This document shows, one piece after another, positions 1-5,703 of a stretch of 20,000 nt of DNA. A program made the position numbers and the translations under genes. Within the stretch, counting starts at the first letter, position 1. Every line of letters begins with the position of its first letter. The stretch lies in the IMG/VR virus record IMGVR_UViG_3300032156_000006; one strand, given 5' to 3'. The notes under the pieces were generated by a model. That model searched no databases and was not told where the DNA came from. It saw only the letters and a program-made list of their open reading frames with translations. Origin of the DNA: an uncultured virus (IMG/VR IMGVR_UViG_3300032156_000006) (taxonomy: Duplodnaviria > Heunggongvirae > Uroviricota > Caudoviricetes).

Positions 1-1
1 T

Positions 2-220
2 AGTTCAACAGAGTCATCAATTATATCTGAATCTTCGTTCGATGTAAATCCGGATACGCCTGCCTTTAGGGTTATTTATAGGTATGTTACTTTTTGCATT
101 TTTGAGATGATAACTGGTGATGCTAGTCTTGCTACGGCAGACAAGAACCCGTTATATGTTCAATATAAAACAAAGGAAGGAATCAATGTCGAGCACTGGA
201 TCGCGCCGGTTATAGATTGA
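2..220 (+). CDS. C-terminal fragment of a PCNA/sliding-clamp-like protein (5' truncated by the window; not in the ORF track)
   Basis: Frame 2 is open from position 2 to TGA at 218-220. It ends ...ATADKNPLYVQYKTKEGINVEHWIAPVID*, which resembles the PCNA C-terminal pattern P-L-x-h-x-Y...G-x-h-x-(F/Y)-h-AP-x-h. Confidence 0.6.
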   Translation, partial: SSTESSIISESSFDVNPDTPAFRVIYRYVTFCIFEMITGDASLATADKNPLYVQYKTKEGINVEHWIAPVID

Positions 221-229
221 GGCGAAATT

Positions 230-568
230 ATGAAAATTCACGGTATTGGATGCCCAAAAGAATGGCAGGAAGCGTGGAATACTTATTTCGCACTTACACC
301 ACAGGGAAAGCGTATGCTCGATCGTGTGATTGAGTTGATTTATCAGGAACTGAAGAAAGAGGCATCTAATCACGAGGATTTGATTAATATATATTTTACT
401 GATAGCAAGAGCATTCTAAAGAAAGCTCTGTATGGCAAATTCCAAGATGACAAAGATTTGCAGAGCCAAGAAGTAGGATTGGTTGAACGAACAGCATACT
501 TCAGGCGGTGGCAAGACTTGCGCCCATACCAAGAAACACAGGCAGAAATCAGGTGGGCGAGGAAATAA
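230..568 (+). CDS. Hypothetical protein (112 aa, helical/charged)
   Basis: ATG at 230 follows GAGGCGA. It is packed tightly behind the previous stop. No motif recognised. Confidence 0.7.
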   Translation: MKIHGIGCPKEWQEAWNTYFALTPQGKRMLDRVIELIYQELKKEASNHEDLINIYFTDSKSILKKALYGKFQDDKDLQSQEVGLVERTAYFRRWQDLRPYQETQAEIRWARK

Positions 569-585
569 ACTGGAGGTATATCTAT

Positions 586-687
586 ATGCCAAGAACAGAA
601 AAAAATGAGGAAAAAGATGCTGCCGCGTGGGCCATGCTAAAGGAGCAGATTGACATGAGAGGTTGTTGTAAGTTCGGGATGAAATAG
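586..687 (+). CDS. Small hypothetical protein (33 aa, MPRTEKNEEKDAAAWAMLKEQIDMRGCCKFGMK)
   Basis: Strong GGAGGT RBS at 572-577, ATG at 586, TAG at 685-687. Fills an otherwise empty gap; below the ORF-track cutoff. Confidence 0.55.
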   Translation: MPRTEKNEEKDAAAWAMLKEQIDMRGCCKFGMK

Positions 688-721
688 GAACGCTAAATCT
701 GAATCAATTGAGGTGGTTTGA

Positions 722-1033
722 ATGAATAGAGAAAGAATGTATCGCCAAGGAGATGTACTCCTTAAAGAAATTGAGAAGTGCGAAGGGGTAGAAATAGCAC
801 AAGGCATGAAAATCCTAGCTTATGGCGAAGCGACGGGGCATAAGCATATCCTAAAAGGCGAGAAGGTGAGATTTTATGAAACTACAGGAGGTCAGGTGCA
901 AGTTCAAGTAGAAAGAACAGCTCAGCTTGTGCATGATGAACATGAGGAAATAGAGATTCCTGCTGGAAATTATCAAGTTGTCTTGCAACGAGAGTTTGAT
1001 TTGGTGAGCGGTGTAAGGCAAGTGATGGATTAG
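722..1033 (+). CDS. Conserved uncharacterised His-rich protein (RQGDV / GExTGHxH / HxEH family), usually found next to DUF6745-type genes
   Basis: GAGGTGG RBS. Motifs YRQGDVLL, LAYGEATGHKH, LVHDEHEEIEIPAGNYQV and QREF...RQVMD. Confidence 0.8.
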   Translation: MNRERMYRQGDVLLKEIEKCEGVEIAQGMKILAYGEATGHKHILKGEKVRFYETTGGQVQVQVERTAQLVHDEHEEIEIPAGNYQVVLQREFDLVSGVRQVMD

Positions 1034-1078
1034 GTAAGCTACCAACGACTAAAGGTCGTTGGCTTCCTTGCCGATTTG
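1034..1078. mobile_element. Isolated IS200/IS605-type terminal hairpin (PATE/MITE-like remnant)
   Basis: GTAAGCTA-CCAACGAC-TAAAG-GTCGTTGG-CTTCCTTGCC. An 8-bp perfect stem (1042-1049/1055-1062) with a TAAAG loop, preceded by GTnAnCTA. This resembles IS200/IS605 (TnpB/IscB) ends. No transposase in the window. Confidence 0.55.
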
Positions 1079-1090
1079 CGATGTGATTGT

Positions 1091-1375
1091 GTGGAAAAGG
1101 AATTTGTTATCGTGAGAGGTCCACCTGGGGTTTATGCGGGCTATTTAGAAAAAGAGAATGGCGGAGACATAGAACTGTCAGAGGCGTTTTGTCTCTGGCG
1201 ATATTCTGGAGCGGCGAGTTTGAATCAACTTTCACAAGAAGGCGTGAAGTCTCCGCAAAACTGCAAATTTTCTATTTCAGTTCCAAAAATGCGCTTAAAG
1301 CAAATATTCCAAGTTTTACCTTGCTCGAAAGAGGCAAAGGAAAATTTGACTAATGTGAAAAGATGGAAAATTTAA
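1091..1375 (+). CDS. DUF6948-like small phage protein
   Basis: Motifs VIVRG..GVYAGYL, ELSEAFCLWRYSGAASLNQLSQEGV...NCKF and QVLPCS.EA...L..VKRWK. Likely start is GTG at 1091 after GATGTGA; the ORF track starts at TTG 1076. Confidence 0.75.
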   Translation: MEKEFVIVRGPPGVYAGYLEKENGGDIELSEAFCLWRYSGAASLNQLSQEGVKSPQNCKFSISVPKMRLKQIFQVLPCSKEAKENLTNVKRWKI

Positions 1376-2010
1376 TTGACGACTCAAATGGCGATGGCGA
1401 TGGCAATGGCAATGGCGATGGCAATGGCAATGGCGATGGCGATGGCAGTGGCGATGGCTATGGCTATGGCTGTGGCGATGGCAATGGCTATAGCGATGGC
1501 TATGGCGATGGCGATGGCAATGGCAATGGCGATGGCAATGGCGATGGCGATGGCAGTGGCGATGGCGATGGCAATGGCGATGGCTGTGGCTGTGGCTATA
1601 GCGATGGCGATGGCAATGGCAATGGCAATCTTTTTGTCATTGTGCAAGGTGTCTTTTTTCACAAAATTGCATTTGTAAATGCATTTGTTTTAAAAAATCT
1701 CACGGTCGACGACATTCTACTATGCGAAAATACAGAACAGAAAGCAGTACTCATACGCGAATATGGATATGAAATGATTTTGAAGAAAGCAAATACAAAA
1801 ATAATTGATGCTGAAGGTAAAAATTCGTTAATAGAATTTGAACTCGACAATAAGATTAAAGCAAGAGTTGTGTGCGTTGAAGACGCAACATCCAAAAAAA
1901 AATATTTCCTTGGAGTTCCTGTTCATAAACAAACCGAAACTTGTGCAGGAGCGATTGCGTGGACATTTGGGCAAGATAAAGAAAACTACATCCTTGAAAA
2001 AGAAACATGA
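1363..2010 (+). CDS. Gly-X (D/N/Y/S/C) repeat protein fused to a DUF6745-like C-terminal domain
   Basis: ATG at 1363 overlaps the upstream gene end. An 81-aa GX repeat is followed by ILLCENTEQKAVLIREYGYE...VVCVEDATSKKKYFLGVP...TCAGAIAWTFG...Y.LEKET. Confidence 0.75.
   Translation: MENLIDDSNGDGDGNGNGDGNGNGDGDGSGDGYGYGCGDGNGYSDGYGDGDGNGNGDGNGDGDGSGDGDGNGDGCGCGYSDGDGNGNGNLFVIVQGVFFHKIAFVNAFVLKNLTVDDILLCENTEQKAVLIREYGYEMILKKANTKIIDAEGKNSLIEFELDNKIKARVVCVEDATSKKKYFLGVPVHKQTETCAGAIAWTFGQDKENYILEKET
1387..1629 (+). repeat. Hexanucleotide tandem repeat (consensus DRT-GGC, about 40.5 units) with a higher-order 108-bp period
   Basis: Units are AATGGC/GATGGC/TATGGC/AGTGGC/TGTGGC plus two TATAGC. The rare variants (AGT and TAT-AGC) each recur exactly 36 codons apart. 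Confidence 0.95.
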
Positions 2011-2053
2011 TTGAATAAAAAATATTAGCTTGTGGGTTCGGGAAGGTTATACT

Positions 2054-2779
2054 ATGGCTAGTTTCAGAATATCCAAGTCCGCCTTGCAGGCATTCCGGAA
2101 TTGCCCGGAGAAATTCATGTGGATATACATAAAAGAAGTTCCGGATAGCACCGGACCCGAGGCATTGACAGGAAAACATCTGCACCAGATATTTTTTGAT
2201 TACTACAAGACGCTTGACATAAAAAAGATTAGTGACGAATACCTGATTCGGCACGCTATGGATTATGACAACGGGGCTTTGTCTGATCATCTGCAAAACT
2301 TCGCAGCTTTCAATTGCTATATATACAGTTCATTAAAGGACAAAGCAAAAATCAAACCTGTTCTCATAGAAGAACATCTTTTTTACCCAAAGCTGAACAT
2401 GAGTGGCTATGTGGATGCTATATTTGAGGATGACGATAACAATTGCATGGTTTTGGATTACAAAACCGGAAAATTTGATGAAAAACGCTTGCATGAATAT
2501 CGCCAAGAATTGTCGATTTATTCCGAATTGGCTAAAGAATCCAAGCGGTGCAAACCGACACACTGGGGAATTTCTTTCACGAAGTCCGGTGTATTTTGGA
2601 AGGAAAATATCCAGCCAGATTATTTCAAAACAAGTGTGCTGCCATTGTTTAAGGAGTTGCGTGAAAGCATCGCTAAGCAGCTGTTTCCGCCTAACGTAGG
2701 ACCGCTTTGTCTATATTGCAGCATGAAGAATAGATGCAGTGCATGGTCGCGGAGCTCTGGGGCAGTACTCAAAATGTAA
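2054..2779 (+). CDS. Cas4-like / PD-(D/E)XK exonuclease with a predicted 4Fe-4S cluster
   Basis: ISKSALQAFRNCPEKF, GKHLH, IEEHL, GYVDAIF, VLDYKTGK and C-terminal CLYCSMKNRC (1+3 Cys arrangement). Start at ATG 2054 after GGAAGGT. Confidence 0.88.
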   Translation: MASFRISKSALQAFRNCPEKFMWIYIKEVPDSTGPEALTGKHLHQIFFDYYKTLDIKKISDEYLIRHAMDYDNGALSDHLQNFAAFNCYIYSSLKDKAKIKPVLIEEHLFYPKLNMSGYVDAIFEDDDNNCMVLDYKTGKFDEKRLHEYRQELSIYSELAKESKRCKPTHWGISFTKSGVFWKENIQPDYFKTSVLPLFKELRESIAKQLFPPNVGPLCLYCSMKNRCSAWSRSSGAVLKM

Positions 2780-2797
2780 AAGAGTGAGGTGGTTTTG

Positions 2798-2998
2798 ATG
2801 GAACGAGAACTCTGCCAAGTTTGCTCTAAGCCACTGCGTATTTTGTGCGAGGTAATCAAGGATGGGAAATGGGTGCCTGTCTTCGGCTGCCGCCGATACT
2901 GTGTAGCGCAAAAAGAGCAAGTTAGAAGACCACAGAAGTTTGGCGGCGGTCGGGGGGCAGTCGGAAGATGGAGGCACAGGAGAGAGAAGCGAAGGTGA
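2798..2998 (+). CDS. Small zinc-finger-like protein with a basic tail
   Basis: GAGGTGG RBS upstream of ATG 2798. CQVC...CRRYC followed by an Arg/Gly-rich C-terminus. Confidence 0.6.
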   Translation: MERELCQVCSKPLRILCEVIKDGKWVPVFGCRRYCVAQKEQVRRPQKFGGGRGAVGRWRHRREKRR

Positions 2999-3014
2999 TG
3001 AGCCATGACCGTAG

Positions 3015-3368
3015 TTAATCCTTCTCTTTTGGAGCTGAAGGTGGAGTGGTTGGAAACGTAAATTTTGCCCCAGCTAAAAGATTTACCGCACGCAGTGCTG
3101 TAGTAAGAACAGGCGTGCCCATAAATCCGGCTATAGAAGTGCATGCCGCTGTCAGTATGTCAGATATGCCGTATTCTTTGCAAATAAAAAATATAACCAA
3201 TCCGCAAAACATTCCCACAAATGCTTCGGCAGTATAGCGCCAGAGTGTTTTCTTTCCTTCTTCTTCGCTGGATGTTATCTCCCGAACGATACCGCCCATG
3301 CCTGCGAGGATAATGTGGACAATCACTTCAATTGGTGTAACATTGTTAAATGACATAGAAATCATCAT
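3015..3368 (-). CDS. Putative holin (LydA-like, 3 TM)
   Basis: ILAGMGGIVR...YTAEAFVGMFCGLVIFFIC...AACTSIAGFMGT pattern. Three hydrophobic segments, at the end of the structural operon. Confidence 0.7.
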   Translation of the reverse strand: MMISMSFNNVTPIEVIVHIILAGMGGIVREITSSEEEGKKTLWRYTAEAFVGMFCGLVIFFICKEYGISDILTAACTSIAGFMGTPVLTTALRAVNLLAGAKFTFPTTPPSAPKEKD

Positions 3369-3652
3369 TTTAGAGCTTTAGCTAGCGTTTCGTACTGGGT
3401 TTTGTAGTATTGCCTCTCTTTGTACAGCCATAGGAGTATTATTCCTATGAGTATAATTATCAGTAACTCGCCAACTAAAAACCATTCGACAATTGAAGAA
3501 TATTGCGTATCACTTGCTAATGACATTCTAGCAATATTTTTCTTTTCTGACGTATATGCCTCAGCGAAAATAATGCTTAAAAAAAGAATAAACAATACTG
3601 CAAACGGAATCATATTCTGTTTGGACAGTATTGGAAGGCACACTTTTTTCAC
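3365..3652 (-). CDS. Two-TM membrane protein with a short C-terminal coiled coil
   Basis: Hydrophobic stretches IPFAVLFILFLSIIFA and WFLVGELLIIILIGIILLWLY. ATGA overlap with the holin gene. Confidence 0.7.
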   Translation of the reverse strand: MKKVCLPILSKQNMIPFAVLFILFLSIIFAEAYTSEKKNIARMSLASDTQYSSIVEWFLVGELLIIILIGIILLWLYKERQYYKTQYETLAKALK

Positions 3653-3656
3653 CTGT

Positions 3657-3989
3657 TTATATCATGCGATGCGCAAGTGTTTTTGGCGCAGCGGTTTTTA
3701 GTGCGGCGCCTGTAACTTTAGCTGTCGTTGGTGCCGGTACTCCTTGCGGCCTTGGCATTTTTTCAAGCAAATATACAAATACATATTTTGCCGCTTGGTA
3801 AAGGCCAACTGTCAGTCCGGCTTTGATAAATGTCATCAAGGTAGTGCCATCGGTTATAGTGTTAGTCGAGACATACCAGAAGAAACCTAGCATAAATCCC
3901 GAAAATGTGTACATTGCCACATCTTTTACAAAATCAGAGCTGATAATCTTGTTCACCCAATCGGTAATATCTAATGCTGAAATCGGCAT
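3657..3989 (-). CDS. Two-TM membrane protein (holin/antiholin-like)
   Basis: GGGGTG RBS. Two hydrophobic segments and a basic Pro/Thr/Ala-rich C-terminal tail. Confidence 0.7.
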   Translation of the reverse strand: MPISALDITDWVNKIISSDFVKDVAMYTFSGFMLGFFWYVSTNTITDGTTLMTFIKAGLTVGLYQAAKYVFVYLLEKMPRPQGVPAPTTAKVTGAALKTAAPKTLAHRMI

Positions 3990-4032
3990 TGTTACACCCC
4001 TTTTTCATTTAAAATTATAGTTCATTCGTCTT

Positions 4033-4053
4033 TTTTAAAGGCTCCGGCTCGTT
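4033..4053 (-). promoter_or_regulatory. Putative late promoter, copy A (AACG-N10-TATA)
   Basis: Minus strand AACG agccggagcc TTTAAAA, upstream of the membrane-protein/holin genes. Confidence 0.65.
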
Positions 4054-4054
4054 T

Positions 4055-5137
4055 TCAGACGCCATATGCCTTCTTTTCTACCATCTTCATGCGGCGCTCA
4101 AGGTCAGACAAATAAAGGCGTGTATCGATAATTTTTGTGTTGATTTGTATTGCAGTTCGAATGCCTGTCGAAGGGGACCAAGAATGTTTCATTGTCAAAA
4201 CCTGATAACCGCCATCTAGATTTATTGTTGGGGCTGAAATGTAAATATACTCGCCTGGATCGGTATATGCCAAAAAGAGCGACTCGAGCTCATAAGCATC
4301 CAAGGGATCTTTGCGGTTGCCAACCACAGTCTGCGCGAAGTTTCCTGCTGATGTAGCATCACCGACGTTTCCGACAGTAATTGCTCTGCTAAATGTACCG
4401 CGATTAGCTACAGAACTTGCATCAGTTGCCGTTCCAGTTGTCGATGCTCCAGCCCCCTGGATGACAACATCATTTGTCATAAACTCACTGTTTTTCGTGA
4501 CTTTGGTCTGCCTAAGAAGATTGTCGCCTTCGGTAATAACGTCAGGAGTATAAACAATATTCGCAGCCTGCCGTACATTCATATCACGGGTTGCTGGAGC
4601 AATCCAAAAATACACTTTGTACTGGTCACAGATTTGCTTAATGGCGTTGTATATCATGTCATTCGCAATGTTGGCAGAAACTAGGTATGACATTACTTCA
4701 GGCACGCTTTCGTAGGTAAAATCCGTCTGGTTGCTCAAGATTGAACGAATCGCAGCACCAAGATCTGCATTAGTAAACGTGCCAGAATACCGTTGTGATG
4801 ATAAGCGGCTCATGTACTCCTTTCCTTTCAACTCCAGTGTCTCACCGCTTCCGATGCTAAAGGCAACATCATCAACATACCCCCCCCAAACTTTGACGCC
4901 TATGGGGGGGGTTGTTTTGGTGGACATGAAAACTTCTATTTCATCCTGTGCCTGGAACAGGTCATAATAGGCACGGTTTGGATCAGACACAGTTATGCTG
5001 CAAGTCCCCGAGCCAGTGTTTAGCTCGCGCGAAACCTCAATCTTTTGGACACGGTCAAGCGGCAACTTGTTTATGCTGACAACTGCATCACCCCACGACT
5101 TAATTACCCACGAACCTGGTATTTCAAGCGAAGGCAT
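4055..5137 (-). CDS. Baseplate hub / tail-tip protein (gp27/gpD/Tal-like)
   Basis: IEVSRELNTGSGTCSITVSDP...DEIEVF...VWGGYVDDV...LELKGKEY...N(D)VVIQG...DPGEYIYI...GGYQVLTMKHSW. 360 aa, located downstream of the TMP and Dit-like genes. Confidence 0.8.
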   Translation of the reverse strand: MPSLEIPGSWVIKSWGDAVVSINKLPLDRVQKIEVSRELNTGSGTCSITVSDPNRAYYDLFQAQDEIEVFMSTKTTPPIGVKVWGGYVDDVAFSIGSGETLELKGKEYMSRLSSQRYSGTFTNADLGAAIRSILSNQTDFTYESVPEVMSYLVSANIANDMIYNAIKQICDQYKVYFWIAPATRDMNVRQAANIVYTPDVITEGDNLLRQTKVTKNSEFMTNDVVIQGAGASTTGTATDASSVANRGTFSRAITVGNVGDATSAGNFAQTVVGNRKDPLDAYELESLFLAYTDPGEYIYISAPTINLDGGYQVLTMKHSWSPSTGIRTAIQINTKIIDTRLYLSDLERRMKMVEKKAYGV

Positions 5138-5138
5138 A

Positions 5139-5699
5139 TCATTTCCTCGTATTATCGAATTCTAAAGTTGTATTGCCGACCATTATAATTCCTGATGCAT
5201 TATCAGAGACGAGGATTTCCAAATCGAATGGTTTTCCCTCGTGATTTTCTGCAGTAAAGGGATTTGTCAATAAGATAGTTGCATTTTCTGTTCCCATTAA
5301 TTTGGCAACTGGGAACTTCGAAAACTGGTAACTTACTCCGTCAATCCCTAGTTCATCTGGTGGTGTATCGTTGAGGTTAATCAGCATTCGCGCATTTGGA
5401 CTTGCAGATGACATTGAAGAAATATCTAACAGATTTGCACCGTTTTTAATCCAAATTCGCGGTATGACAGGAATTGCATATCCGTTTGGTTGCACTTCTG
5501 TAATTACATATGGATAGATAGCGACTGGTAAAGCAGTTTCATTTTGTGGCCTGATTTTGAAAGTATAAAGCGTATTGTTCTGATAAGCTTGGATATCGTG
5601 TATTCTTACATCAGGGGTAAGAGGCTCTGTTAGCGAAGTGACTAAAGAGATGAAAGCGACAATGCCAACTACAATTACAAATGCATGTTTATCACTCAT
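5139..5699 (-). CDS. Membrane-anchored/secreted putative glycoprotein (186 aa)
   Basis: N-terminal hydrophobic segment AFVIVVGIVAFISLV. Six N-x-S/T sequons. GGTGA RBS. Confidence 0.75.
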   Translation of the reverse strand: MSDKHAFVIVVGIVAFISLVTSLTEPLTPDVRIHDIQAYQNNTLYTFKIRPQNETALPVAIYPYVITEVQPNGYAIPVIPRIWIKNGANLLDISSMSSASPNARMLINLNDTPPDELGIDGVSYQFSKFPVAKLMGTENATILLTNPFTAENHEGKPFDLEILVSDNASGIIMVGNTTLEFDNTRK

Positions 5700-5703
5700 T
5701 TTT

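Noticed and set aside
1387..1629. CRISPR array or complete DGR at the hexamer repeat
   Set aside because: There is no repeat-spacer structure, and no reverse transcriptase or separate template repeat in the window. The DGR idea is kept only as a hypothesis.
1376..1678. MAMAMA (1376-1678, +) and IAIAIA (1384-1662, -) ORFs as genes
   Set aside because: They lack an RBS, and hexamer repeats are often open in several frames. The Gly-X frame continues into a recognisable domain, so these were not called as features.
2054..2779. CRISPR-Cas adaptation locus
   Set aside because: No cas1/cas2 or array is present; solo Cas4-like genes are common in viruses.
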